From Parasitella parasitica NRRL 2501 (taxonomy: Eukaryota > Fungi > Mucoromycota): a stretch of DNA of 64,000 nt. Positions 1 to 16,399 of this stretch are shown one piece after another. Under the pieces are notes generated by a model. It worked only from the letters and a program-made list of their open reading frames with translations, ran no database searches and was not told the origin of the DNA. A program made the position numbers and the translations under genes. How positions within the stretch are numbered: the first letter of the stretch is position 1; every line of letters starts with the position of its first letter. The DNA is taken from positions 69,078 to 133,077 of the forward strand of contig MU619316.1 in assembly GCA_025201805.1 (NCBI GenBank). Reading direction: 5' to 3'.

Positions 1-1103
1 TGCCATCTTGCACACTGCATTGTACTGGGGCATTCCAGTTTACATTTTACCTCGCTTTGACCTGGTCAAGTTTTGTGAAACCGTTCAAGCTCGCAAGATC
101 ACCTTTGCTTGCCTTGTGCCACCTATTTATTTGCTGTTGGCTAAGGAAGAGATTATTCCCAACTATGATTTGTCTTCGTTAAGAATTGGTATCTCTGGTG
201 CCGCTCCTCTCAGCGCTGATCTTGGTAGAGAAGTCAAGGCCCGTTTACCAAACCTCACGATCAAGCAGGGTTATGGCTTAACAGAGACGTCTCCTTCCGC
301 TATTGTTGAACCTACTGATCGCACCATTGACGGCTCTACTGGTATTCTTCTTCCTAATATGCTTGCAAAGATTGTTGATGAGAATGGAAACGGTAAGCGG
401 CATCTTGTTTATAAACAAGAGGATCTTTAGCGCTAATCAAGACATTTACAGAGGTCCCTCAAGGTGAGCGTGGTGAACTTTGGCTCAAGGGTCCCAATAT
501 CATGAAGGGCTACATCAACAACCCTCAGGCAACTGCAGATTGCATTGATGATGAAGGATATTTTCATACTGGCGACATTGTAGTCATTGATAAAGATCAA
601 CACTTTTACGTCGTTGATCGTATCAAGGAGCTGATTAAATACAAGGGCTTCCAGGTGAGATATTAAACGTTATGAATGATCTTTCTGGTGAGCCAAGATG
701 ATTAATAAACAAACATAGGTTCCTCCCGCTGAACTGGAAGGTATTTTGGTATGTACATAAAAAAAAAATTCTCTAGTAAAACATATATCAACCTTGTGTA
801 TATTTGTAGCTTACATCTCCTATTATTGCTGATTGTGCTGTCATTGGAGTCTATGATGCTGCTCAGGCCTCTGAAATTCCTCGCGCTTATGTGACATTGA
901 AGCCTCATGTCACTCCATCTGACAAAGTAGCCGAAGAGATCATGAAGTTCGTCGCTGATCAAGTGGTTCCTTACAAGCAAATCCGTGCTGTGAGGTTTGT
1001 GGACGTCATTCCCAAGAGTCAAGCAGGCAAGATTCTTCGTCGTTTGTTGCGTGATCAAGCATTGGAAGAAGAAAAGAACGCTACCAGTAGACCCAAATTG
1101 TAG
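1..1103 (+). CDS. 4-coumarate:CoA ligase-like AMP-dependent acyl-CoA synthetase, 5'-partial, 3 introns visible
   Basis: ANL-family motifs QGYGLTET, GELWLKGPNIMKGY, FHTGD, VDRIKELIKYKGFQV and PKSQAGKILRR. GT-AG introns at about 392-451, 655-718 and 749-809. C-terminus is -PKL (PTS1-like). Confidence 0.9.
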
Positions 1104-1765
1104 ATTCTATATAATAAAAAGTTAACTACTCAAACACATACAAACCACTTTGTATGGAAAAGCATAGTTGTTTGAATTGAGGCTATTGACTCCCATATAC
1201 TTTTTGATTGATGTCGAAAGAGACTGACAAAAAATAGCTGATACAATCCGAATCTGCACGCAGGCATGCATGTTTTCGTTTACTTTTCTGATAATTAATA
1301 AAAGTAAAAACAATCCAATTTGCATGTATACCTATACGACGTTTTTTGTTCAATCTCTCATGAATGTTTTTGGGAGTTATGACGAACCGAATCCGCGCGC
1401 GCTTATATGAGAATTGTGTGTCGATCTCTGATCTCAGATCAGATCGAGAAAACGGGAATTGAAAATGAAGACATCATTGCATTGCCTTTTGTCTTCATGG
1501 CAACAAACTGAAAGGGCTTATGACGGTATACGTATAACATATAGTTGTTGAAAATTTAACAATCGATCTAGACAGCAACTGAAGGCTTCCTGCTCTGCCA
1601 TATGTAATTTAACGGGCCTAAATTATTCCGGGTGTCACATCTGCAATCTATAATTGGGCTTTTCTTGTCAAACATATAATAGCGTTGCTATTTCAGATCA
1701 ACAAGTTTCGTTGCGAAAATTCGTTTTTTTTATTTCTTCTTCTTCTTTTTTCTCACTATTTAATC

Positions 1766-4362
1766 ATGGAGCAAAAAAATCAACAAATAATGATACCGAC
1801 AGAAAACTCGGGCATTGTCGAGGCTCCCATTACTGCGACAAATGGCTCTAGGATTTCTACCACAGCTGCTGCAGCAGATGCCACTGACACTAAAGATTTC
1901 AAAAACTCCTCGTCAACATTATCGACCGAGAAGCCGGAGACGAATGATAACGAATTGAAATCAAATGTAGCAGACGAGCAAGCAGAAAAAAAGAGATTGA
2001 AAAAGGAGAAAGTAGGCCGTGTTTTGACATTTATCGGGTTGCAAGTGTCTCTTTTCTTGGCAGCTCTAGACAAGTAAGACGATATTGGTTTGTGTTGATT
2101 TTCGCTCATTGTTTTCAGTACAATTGTAGCCACTGCCTTGCCCAAGATTGGATCTGATTTCGAACAAATGTCTATTGTGGCATGGGTAGCCACGGCTTAC
2201 ATCTTGACTTTTGATGCCTTTCGTAAGTTTTTGTTTATGCCAACATGCATGCATGCATGAGCACGTTATTGACACTTTTCCTATATAGAACCATTATTTT
2301 CCAAGTTTTCTGATATTTTTGGCCGTAAATGGATCTTAATGTTTGGCATTGCAGTTTTTCTTTTTGGCTCAGTCTTGTGCGGTGCATCCAAGGTATGTGG
2401 GCTTTTTTTACAAGATTCTCGTACATTACTGAATTTTATGATAGACCATGATCATGTTGATCGTTGGAAGAGCAATTGCGGGGATTGGAGCAGCTGGTAT
2501 TTTTTCCATGGTAAATTTTCTATAAACATTCGTGCATGTAACGATCGAATTGCTGAATATATTGTCATAATAATATAGGTTTTTGTCATCTTCTCCGATC
2601 TGGTGCCACTCGAACAAAGAGGCACATATCAAGGGTAAAAGTTTTTCATCAGTGTTGCTGTTGCACAAAATCACTAACGAATACATATTTAGTATCATTA
2701 ATGCTGTGTTCGCCTTGTCCAGTGTGTGCGGCCCGCTGATTGGGGTATATTATGAAGGCTATATTAATATATGAGTACGGAATAAGACAACTAACATACT
2801 GAATGTGTAGGGCTCACTGACTGATTACGTGTCTTGGAGATGGAATTTCTATATCAAGTAGGATAAAATGCTGATTTTATGTGAATAACAACAGCAGGCA
2901 CTAATGACTAGTGAATTTTGGTTATAGCCTTCCTATCGGTGCAGTCGCAATGATTGTTTTGGTTTTGTTTCTGAGGTTGCCCACACCGCAAGGCAAACTT
3001 ACTGATAAATTGAAGCGCGTAGACTACGCAGGTATACTTGAAGCATGCAGGGAATGTGATGTATACACATATAATTTACCGTTCTGTACTACCAGGAACT
3101 GTTATTGTTTTGGCCTTTGCCACACTCTTCTTATTAGCACTCAACTTTGGTGGTCAAGAATTTCCCTGGAAGTCAGCTGCTGTCATTGTGCCTCTTGTCT
3201 TATCAATTCTGCTGGTTGGATTGCTGGTAATTGTAGAAAAGAAATTCTCCAAAGAGCCTATTTTTCCTCCTCGTCTCTTCACCAACAGATCAGTTATCAG
3301 CGTTGTGTTGACAAACTGGTTCTTTGGTATGACCTTCTTCTCTGCTGTCTACTACCTCCCGGTTTACTTTCAGGTCGTGAGAAATGACTCTGCCATGTGG
3401 TCAGGTATAAGACTGATTCCAATGCAAATGGTCTTGACGGTTCTTTCTACTATTGTTGGTGTGACAATATCAAAAACTGGTGTGTATAGACCGTTGATTT
3501 ACGTTGGCATGGCTTTATTGACCTTGTGGATTGGTCTTTTCAGCTTATTCAAGGAAGATACGCCATTTTCTCGTAAGTATGCATTTATGTATATATATTA
3601 TGGGATGTAACATCGCATATGTAATACTGCGTCTAGAAATCTACGGCATCACAGTAATTGGCGGTGCTGGCCTTGGCTGTCTATTTTCATCAACAATCAT
3701 CGCACTTCAAGCGTCTGTAGAACCCAAAGACATCGGTAAGTGTGCGCAATTAATATGAAATGCACATACTTACATTTTATAATGCAAATATAGCTGTCGT
3801 TACAGGACTGGGAAACTTTGCTCGTATTCTCGGGGGAGCATTGGGCGTTGGTAAGATACACATCCTTTTGTTTAGCCCAAGTATAATACTCACATTTGGC
3901 CATTGTACAGCTATCTCTTCAGCAGTTTTGAACTCCCAATTAGCTCAAGAACTTCCCAAAGTCTTGCCCATGGAAGAAGCAGCCAAGGTGATACAATCGT
4001 CAGAATATGTCAACCATGGTCTTCCAGCTGAATATTTAGCGATCACTCTAAGAATCTATGTTGAATCGCTTCAAATGATTTGGTATGTTCTTATTCCTAT
4101 GTCTGGATTGGGCTTCATTGCCTCTCTTTTCGTAAAACACCACTCTATTCGTAGTCATAGAAGAGCAGCCGAAAAGAAGGCCTTAGAAGATGAAGAGAAC
4201 GCCGATGCCGCTGCTGCTACTATAGTTGTTAATGTACCCACAGCCACAGGCACAGCCACCATTGAAAACAAACAGATCGATGAAAAGGTCCAAATTGATC
4301 AAACAGAAGATCAGCAGCATCAAGAGCCAAATATCAAGAAATTTGAAGAAGCCGCCGTGTAA
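1766..4362 (+). CDS. MFS multidrug transporter, DHA2 (14-TM) type, many short introns
   Basis: FLAALD(n)[18 protein letters not shown] motif A, WRWNFYINLPIG and hydrophobic TM segments spread over ORFs 1685-4362 and joined by GT-AG introns. Confidence 0.9.
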
Positions 4363-5671
4363 TTTATCTGTTGCCAATATATTCTTTTGTACACCAATAC
4401 CATTTCGTTTTGTATAATAAAATAGAATCATGCAGTTTTGCTCTGTATATCCGCGCCTTGATTTCAAATGTGTTTTGACACACGAAAACTTGTTACATTC
4501 AAGGTGTCATAGTTTCCAGATGAAATATACAAGCAGATTAATCTGCGTATTATGACTACAAGTATTAGATTACTGCAAAGCCTATATTTAGCAAACTTTG
4601 TCCAGCAATGAACAGCTCTTCATAGCTTTTTGTGTGGTTCAATTGATTGTCGATACGTGAGGGAACCGTTCAATAAGAAACTGGCATTTCCACAGTTGTA
4701 ACAATGCCATGGTCAATATTGATGAATTAGCATGTTTTTAGATACGAAGAACTAGCTGATCTCATACAAAGCACACATATTCGGTATGTTTCTAGCTATT
4801 TCGCAGCTGAATCTGGTACCTGATGGCCAAAGAACTACTCTTACTGTATCTTGGAGCTCCCAGTTGAATGCAGATGCATGCTGCATTGTCATCGTTCAGT
4901 ACAAAAATGTTTTGTGTCACCGCGTTAAAGCACCTATTTTTATCAACGTTTATTGGCCATCTTGAAATAACTGCGTAATACAGCATTTCCATGTAAACAT
5001 TGTATCAAGCTAAGCTAGCCAGCCAGTAGGTTTATCTCGATTGCTGCTAAAATGTATTAGACTTGTTATTTTAAACCCGATGCAATTTCTTTGGAAACAT
5101 AGAAATGTGGGTTTTACAATGATTTTATCTTTGGAGACTTGTTGGGATCAGTATGATTTTTAGCCGGCCAAAAAGGAAGCCATTCTACAGGAACTGTGCC
5201 CTAAAATCGTATCCGGTGAAGCTTAGAAAGCATCTAGCATTGCTTCAGATAAGACTAATCTTTGGCGTGGCCCAGGTTTGTCTGATATAACAAAATATGC
5301 TTGGATCGTAAATCCCAAGATAGTATCATAATGTGTGATAGCAATGCTATGAAGCAATTTCAGGAATCTACACGTGTGTATGGGTTAAGCCATAAATAAT
5401 GTCACTTGTGATGTGTAGCAAGAAGAGAAACAAGAGTAGCAGGAGAAGGAAACAATGAATTCACATTGGTTTCGCTACCTTGCCATCACCTTGTATCATC
5501 CACATCTAGTAACATTAGCTTGTGTGTGACTGAAACAAGCGAGTATTCCAATTGACCCGACCCGAGAAAAGAACATGAATGAATGAATGTAGAGAAATAA
5601 ATAATAGGCTCGTTTTAACCAACCTCGTGCTTTTTTTTCTTTTTTTTTTCTCCAATATAATATACCAAAAG

Positions 5672-5909
5672 GTAAATATTGGCTATTGGATGCTCTAGTG
5701 GCTAGCAGTTTTCGAAACAATCAGCCTGCACATTGTAGGGAACGTCTCTTTGTGAGATTTCCTGGCAATGGCGGTGCCCCACTTGTGTTAAAGCGGGGTC
5801 GTTGTTTCTCGTTGATTTTCTACTTTGACATAACCTCATTTCACACAAACATGTATATATAACTCGTATTAACCTCTCTTTTTTGTACTTCTTGCGTCTC
5901 TCCTAACAG
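5672..5909 (+). other. Probable 5'-UTR intron of RHO1
   Basis: AG|GTAAAT donor at 5672. Pyrimidine tract and CTAACAG acceptor end 1 nt before the ATG at 5911. Confidence 0.45.
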
Positions 5910-5910
5910 G

Positions 5911-6618
5911 ATGGCTGAAATTAGAAGAAAACTCGTGATCGTGGGCGACGGTGCATGCGGTAAAACATGTCTTTTAATTGTGTTTTCAAGGGGAACTTTC
6001 CCAGAGGTAAGGCAAGCAGGTATATCATGATTCAACATGCAACTGATAATGTGTATGCTGCACAGCTATATGTCCCCACTGTCTTTGAGAATTATGTGGC
6101 AGATGTTGAAGTTGACGGTAAAAATGTTGAATTGGCTCTTTGGGACACAGCAGGCCAAGAAGATTACGATCGTCTTCGTCCTCTCTCTTACCCTGACTCT
6201 CATGTTATTCTCATTTGCTTCTCCATTGATTCACCCGATTCATTGGATAATGTTCAAGAAAAATGGATCTCTGAAGTGCTTCATTTTTGCCAAGGACTTC
6301 CTATTTTGCTCGTTGCCTGCAAAAAGGATCTGAGAGATGACCCCGCAAAAATCGAAGATTTAAGAAAGACATCCCAACGACCTGTTACTTATGAAGAGGT
6401 GAATATTTCAAGACAACAAGACTACTATAAATAGACGATTTATTTTTGTTTTATAGGGCCAAGGTGTCGCACAAAAAATTAACGCTTACAGGTATCTTGA
6501 GTGTTCTGCAAAGACAGGAGAAGGTGTTCGTGAAGTTTTCGAAAATGCTACCCGTGCTGCTTTAACGATGAGTAAACCTTCAGGTAGAACTTCCAAGAAG
6601 AAGTGCTGTATTTTGTAA
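5911..6618 (+). CDS. RHO1: Rho1 small GTPase, 2 coding-region introns
   Basis: [48 protein letters not shown], polybasic tail and CAAX box KKKCCIL-stop. Confidence 0.97.
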
Positions 6619-6636
6619 GATTAAAGGCAAGATAAT

Positions 6637-7528
6637 TTATAAATCAATCGTTGGCTTTGGTTTGAACTTTTTTGATGCTCTTTCTGCTGGACGCACCACA
6701 AACTGTGGTCCATAAATTGTATAATTCTTTTGTGTTTCTTGGATGTAAATGTTGAAATTACCGCTATTTTTGGGTATTTCTACAATGCAAGTTTATACTG
6801 TTAGCTTTTTCTTGGTCACGCTGCTCTTTCTTACTTACGTTTGAGCTTATTATCTTTGGTAATGATCTTGAACATGGATAATGTCTCTTGAATCATAATA
6901 CCAGTTACACCAATATAACTTGGATTTGTAGTTTGAACAACTAATGATTTTTTGATCCGATAAGCTCTCTCTCTATATATATATGCATTGGTAGCCATAG
7001 TTACCGAAACATACCTGTCATTGTAGCTCCATGAAAATCTGCTTTAATCAATTTTTGTTCAAAATTAACTAATCCTTGAGACAGTAGTTTACTCATATAA
7101 CCTTGCCATAGTTGTGATAGTGGCTCAAACAATTTATACTGATATGCTTCTTTGGGAACATCATACACCTTCAATCGTCTCTTTTCTCTAGCTGTCAACT
7201 TGCCATCTTTTTTATTCTTCAGTTTCTTTGCGAGCTCTTTTTTATCTCCTTCTTTAACAAATGTATATGATTTATCAATATAAACAGGTTTCATCTGATC
7301 CAGTACTTTGTCTACATCAGATGAGGGTCGAATAAAGTCATTGACAAACTTTTTTACTGCTTTCTATATCAACTGTTAACTTGTGTCGTAAATTTTTGAC
7401 TTATACTTACTTGGCCTAATTTGTTACTAGTACTACCTGGCAAAGGCTGATATACACTCTCTTCTTGTAAGAAATAGCTTAATAATGCATTTATTTGGTA
7501 TTTTTTAAGCATAAATACCTTTGTCCAT
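6637..7528 (-). CDS. POP4: RNase P/MRP subunit Pop4/Rpp29
   Basis: YKLFEPLSQLWQGYM, KLIKADFHGA, GIMIQETLSMFKIITKDNKLK and IYGPQFVVRPAE, ending PTIDL-stop. First exon is 10 nt. Confidence 0.85.
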
Positions 7529-7783
7529 GTTGTAATGTTAAATTCGCAAGAAGCTTTTTAAGGATTCTTTGATTGATCAAGTATTGAGAGAGAAAAAAAA
7601 AAGTGACTGTACAGAACTCGTCCTCGAAGTCGATTGCAAAGCCTACGCACATACCGGATTTTGATTTCAAAATAGTGACATTTAAATTGATTTAGTTGTT
7701 TTACAATTTCAATTTAGTGATTATACTTTTTCAACTTAAGAAATGTCATATATTCATCATTGTTAAAGTTTTTAATAGGTACC

Positions 7784-8778
7784 NNNNNNNNNNNNNNNNN
7801 NNNNNNNNNNNNNNNNNNNNNNNNNNNNNNNNNNNNNNNNNNNNNNNNNNNNNNNNNNNNNNNNNNNNNNNNNNNNNNNNNNNNNNNNNNNNNNNNNNNN
7901 NNNNNNNNNNNNNNNNNNNNNNNNNNNNNNNNNNNNNNNNNNNNNNNNNNNNNNNNNNNNNNNNNNNNNNNNNNNNNNNNNNNNNNNNNNNNNNNNNNNN
8001 NNNNNNNNNNNNNNNNNNNNNNNNNNNNNNNNNNNNNNNNNNNNNNNNNNNNNNNNNNNNNNNNNNNNNNNNNNNNNNNNNNNNNNNNNNNNNNNNNNNN
8101 NNNNNNNNNNNNNNNNNNNNNNNNNNNNNNNNNNNNNNNNNNNNNNNNNNNNNNNNNNNNNNNNNNNNNNNNNNNNNNNNNNNNNNNNNNNNNNNNNNNN
8201 NNNNNNNNNNNNNNNNNNNNNNNNNNNNNNNNNNNNNNNNNNNNNNNNNNNNNNNNNNNNNNNNNNNNNNNNNNNNNNNNNNNNNNNNNNNNNNNNNNNN
8301 NNNNNNNNNNNNNNNNNNNNNNNNNNNNNNNNNNNNNNNNNNNNNNNNNNNNNNNNNNNNNNNNNNNNNNNNNNNNNNNNNNNNNNNNNNNNNNNNNNNN
8401 NNNNNNNNNNNNNNNNNNNNNNNNNNNNNNNNNNNNNNNNNNNNNNNNNNNNNNNNNNNNNNNNNNNNNNNNNNNNNNNNNNNNNNNNNNNNNNNNNNNN
8501 NNNNNNNNNNNNNNNNNNNNNNNNNNNNNNNNNNNNNNNNNNNNNNNNNNNNNNNNNNNNNNNNNNNNNNNNNNNNNNNNNNNNNNNNNNNNNNNNNNNN
8601 NNNNNNNNNNNNNNNNNNNNNNNNNNNNNNNNNNNNNNNNNNNNNNNNNNNNNNNNNNNNNNNNNNNNNNNNNNNNNNNNNNNNNNNNNNNNNNNNNNNN
8701 NNNNNNNNNNNNNNNNNNNNNNNNNNNNNNNNNNNNNNNNNNNNNNNNNNNNNNNNNNNNNNNNNNNNNNNNNNNNNN
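7784..8778. other. Assembly gap (995 N)
   Basis: Run of N. Confidence 1.
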
Positions 8779-9036
8779 GAAGTCAAAAATTACATCCAGA
8801 CAACAAGGCATAAAATACACTTCTTGCCTCCATATTCACCTTTTTTGAACCCAATCGAAGAAAGCTTCTCAAAGCTCAAAACTTTGACAAAAAGAAAGCC
8901 AGGCTTAGGCAACAATGAGTTTTTGCAGTATATTGGAGATTGCAGTAGAGAGATTACCAGAAAAGATTGCGAGAGTTGGGTAAGGCACAGCATCAGCTTT
9001 TTTTCTGATTGTCTTGCCTCCAAAGAAATCTATTAA
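8779..9036 (+). CDS. DDE transposase C-terminal part (5' portion lost in the N gap)
   Basis: HFLPPYSPFLNPIEESFSKLK matches the IS630/Tc1 DDE_3 signature. Frame is open to a stop just inside the right TIR. Confidence 0.9.
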   Translation, partial: EVKNYIQTTRHKIHFLPPYSPFLNPIEESFSKLKTLTKRKPGLGNNEFLQYIGDCSREITRKDCESWVRHSISFFSDCLASKEIY

Positions 9037-9437
9037 AGAATAAAGATAAATTTTATTTGTACTATCAACCCATTATCCACTAAGTTAAATCAGCAAAATC
9101 ACTAAATTGAAATTGTAAAACAACTAAAAAAATTTAAATGTCACTATTTTGAAATCAAAATCCGGTACAGATTGCAATACATTGCATGGTTTATGATTTG
9201 AGAAAGTGAAACGTTTAAAAGACGCTTAATATCTTTTATAATGATTGAATTGCTTTATACGAGTAATTATCATTTGCATAAGGTAATATTGTTGAGCATT
9301 AAAAAATGAAAGCATGTTGATAGTATTCACATAGTTTTTTACTTTGTACAATGTGGTATACTGCCAATTTGCGAAACCAATAGCTTTATAGATTACATGG
9401 TTATTTTATTATAACTGATTGATAGGTAATTTCTGAT

Positions 9438-13031
<3,594 letters not shown>

Positions 13032-14881
13032 GGGTTTATATGCAATCAGCAAAGAGAGAAAAGAGAGAACAAATTGTTCAAGTTGAAGAACGAGAGAAGA
13101 GGTTATTCGGTGTTCTAATTCAACATGATGTGATAATGTTAACGATGTTAGCGGATAATTGTACCTGCGTTATATTAGTATCAGCTCCTTGCAGCCTTTT
13201 AAATACATCAAAGGCATTGTTGGATATCCCAAATAGCTCTTATTTATTTTGCGTCTTGCATCTGTTTACCAGTCTTAATCTTCATTTACAGTACATAAAA
13301 TCTAGTGTAACTTGAATACAGTGTCACGAAATCAGTGTACTGTCAAATTAACCTTCATTGCAAAAGAAATATAGGACAGAGCAGCCATTCAATGAAGATA
13401 TCCGTGGAAACAGTGAGAATTGATATATATCATTGTTAATTTATTCTGTCAGTATTTTTTGTTTCAAATTGAACTAGCAAATGTCGTTACTCCATTTAAA
13501 AACTTCTAATCAAAATATGATTTTGAAAACGAAGAAAGATGGATTTCAGTCGCTAAACAATAAACCATACACGATAAGATATGCCAAAAATTTTATTAAA
13601 ACATCATCCCATAGCTCTTTAGAGTCACACATGAACACCATTTAAAGATGAATATGCAGAATATTGATGTAAATATAGAAGCGCATTAACCGTAATGTTT
13701 TGGCTTTTGTTGCACAAATGATCAACCTACCTAACATCGAGCATTTTTAATATCGAATAAGTAAGATTAGTACCAACAATTTTTTACATGGCTTCCTAAT
13801 ATAAGTCATCAGGAACGCATAGAGAAGATCTTTTAACATACATATGTTTTTCTGACCATACAGTATCTACCAAAGGTGTTTCGAATACCATTTGTCAATT
13901 CAAAATAACTTTAGCTTTATTTTTGCGTCAAGCCGCTTAATTTTCATAACATTGTATTAAGCACATCTCATTACCTAATTCAAACTTCAAGCATTTCACT
14001 ATTTTTTTTTATTTGCTGTTTGTATTATACGCCCATTTTGCATTGTTTGTAATGTTCTATATGTCTTGTTATAACTTCAGATTTCAACCTTGAGGTGCAG
14101 ATAGTAAAAAGTATCTATTATATGCGAGTTTATTTCCATGTCTACTTTCTTTTGAATTTCTTTGTGCGCTTATATTCCATTTCATCTGTAGTCAACGGTA
14201 AAACAACACAAAACCTGATTTTTCAACGCATGGGTAAATAGCAAGGACAATACCTAAGTCGTCTCTGTTAAAGTTTATTAGTTTCTTATTTGTACAAAGT
14301 TGACTTAAATTTAACAGGGTATCTATATCTGCTAGTACAATGAACATGACATGTCATTCGGATAGATTATGCAATCTATCCTCTATTATCTCCTTCGGAT
14401 CTTCTATCAGCTCATAAAACTGCGAGTCTTAGACCGAATAGTATACAATAATCTTTTCAAATTGTTGAAATAACGATTTCTCTATCTGATTAGTTTTATT
14501 CTTTCTCATTTGCCATCAAGCCAGACAGGCTATCAAACGCATTGCGTAATACATCGCATCTATTTTAAGACCATCAACTTTTAGAAAGCCTTTATTTCTG
14601 TACTTTTATACTGATATATTGGAAAAATAGTAGATATTTTTTACACAACTTGAGATACGATCGAACATCAAGCTTTTTGTTTCAATTATATAATGGTTGT
14701 TATACCAATAACATGCTATAGAGCTTGTAGCCAGACTAAGGGGCTAATGTGCGTGGGTGAACCAAGAATCTATAATTACATGATTAATACTTTTAAAAAC
14801 ATCACGTGACACTTTCCTTTTTGAGATTAGTATAATGTTCATGGAAACATAATAAAACTGCAAATTTTCTAAATTAAAAGA

Positions 14882-14953
14882 GGTTTCTTGGTTTAGTGGT
14901 ATAATTCTCGCTTAGGGTGCGAGAGGTCCCGGGTTCGATTCCCGGAGAAGCCC
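14882..14953 (+). tRNA. tRNA-Pro (anticodon AGG)
   Basis: 72-nt cloverleaf: acceptor stem GGTTTCT/AGAAGCC, anticodon arm CTCGC-TTAGGGT-GCGAG, T-arm CCGGG-TTCGATT-CCCGG, followed by an oligo-T Pol III terminator. Confidence 0.97.
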
Positions 14954-15046
14954 TGCTTTTTATACTTTTTTGTGGTGCACGAAGTTTTTATTTTTTAGTT
15001 ACATGACTGAACACGGCTTCTTCATATGGTTTTTGCTACATTAAGT

Positions 15047-15410
15047 GTAAGTGTCTCTCAGATAGCCTTGACTTACCTGTGTTAATCAAGTTAAAAACAG
15101 TCATCAATCTTTTCTGTGCGAAAATTTACAGGTGTTTACATGTATTTCTTTTATGTAACGAAACTCGCTGTTTTCTGTAGATAATTACTTTGTGTGAAAT
15201 ACATTCGCATAATAATCTTCATTCCACTTTTAGATTCATCAACTTACCTTAAATTGATATAGACTACATATGTGCACAGTTAATAAGATGTACAATATAA
15301 ATTCATATTATAGAAGATATAGGCTAGAGATGGCACCATTAGGATGGATGACGCTTATATCTCGACACGAACCTTAAATATTTGCTTGATTTAGGCTTAT
15401 GCCATATGAA
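15047..15410 (+). repeat. Degenerate dispersed repeat, copy A (inverted relative to 63070-63480)
   Basis: GCTAGAGATGGCACCATTAGGATGGATGACGCT and TGATATAGACTACATATG match the reverse complement of about 63090-63306, with weaker similarity out to about 63478. Confidence 0.85.
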
Positions 15411-15509
15411 AGCTATGCGAAATCAATTCTGTGGATAAAGATAAGACATGTCCATTTTAATTTCTTCAATCAAACACTCTTTTATCACTACTCCAAAAAC
15501 ACAACTGAT

Positions 15510-16055
15510 CATGAGTCTAACAGATATTACCAATAACCATTGTACAGTTCGTAAACAACTCGATGATTATACTTGTGGGCTTGGCATCAGCAATATCAAG
15601 CTGAATATTAGATCACTTAAATTTCACGTGAAATGTGCTTGCCAAAGTCTACTGTTACTGATTGTGTCAATCGCCACAATAAAACAGGAAGTGGAGTAAT
15701 CCAAAGACGTAGCAGAAGCCCTCTTAGTTTGTCTGAAAGAGACCAGCACGTACTGTTGTGCGCAGCTTTAGAGAGAGACTTTTTGATTCTTTTGTTAGTC
15801 ATAATGCAAGATTGAAGGCGGCTAGAATTGACATTCACCCGCAGACGCTATCAAATTTTGCTGACAGACACGGCCTTGGATCATTTTTTCCAATGTTGAA
15901 ACTTAAGTAAACGGAAAAAAAACTTTATTAGGCTAAAGAAAGGTTGACTAGACACCTGAACAGTGGCAGAATGTCATTTGGCTCAATGAATACAAATCTA
16001 ACGTCAATGGCAGCGATGGAAGGTTCAGGGTAATTCGGAAAGAAGGCCAAATAAA
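15510..16055 (+). pseudogene. Degraded Tc1-like transposase relic
   Basis: HTH-like ISREMCLPKSTVTDCVNRHNKTGS...LSERDQ, then WRNVIWLNEYKSNVNGSDGRFRVIRKEG-like (Tc1 W..VIWSDESKF...GSDGR motif). Frameshifts and stops present. Confidence 0.8.
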
Positions 16056-16399
16056 TCAAGGAGCCAACTGGTCAATTAGCGAAGAACCTTCAAATGAAAG
16101 ACCAATACTATGTAAAATAACAAACAATAGCAACGATTGTGCTACATTTGATTAGGCAAACAATTTCATTTCGGGCATGTATAGCATTTTAAAAATAGGC
16201 TATTCCCAAGTAACGTTTTTTCACCTTCCAATTCCTAAAAAGTTTCTCGGGAACAGCCATATATTATCTCAATATTTCTAACCATCTCTCTTCTTTTTAG
16301 AGAACCCTGGTCCAAACAAAACCCAAGTAATAGAAGTACATGTAGGTATTTTTACTGCATAAACAATAATAGTAAATCAATACATCTATTCAATAAGTC

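Larger units (their letters stand above)
7654..9165 (+). mobile_element. Tc1/mariner (IS630-Tc1-mariner superfamily) DNA transposon, interior is an assembly gap
   Basis: 69-bp TIRs starting CCGGATTTTGATTTCAAAATAGTGAC at 7654-7722 and 9097-9165 with 2 mismatches. TA at 7652-53 and 9166-67. Transposase C-terminus present. Confidence 0.95.

Noticed and set aside
1421-1447. GATC-rich quasi-palindrome upstream of the MFS gene
   Set aside because: Short low-complexity pattern with no supporting evidence of function.
7696-9036. Long ORFs of 346-446 aa filled with X
   Set aside because: Artefacts of reading through the N gap. Only 8779-9036 is supportable coding sequence.
16198-16258. 13-bp imperfect inverted repeat GGCTATTCCCAAG / CTCGGGAACAGCC
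   Set aside because: Too short, and no clear TSD, to call a MITE.
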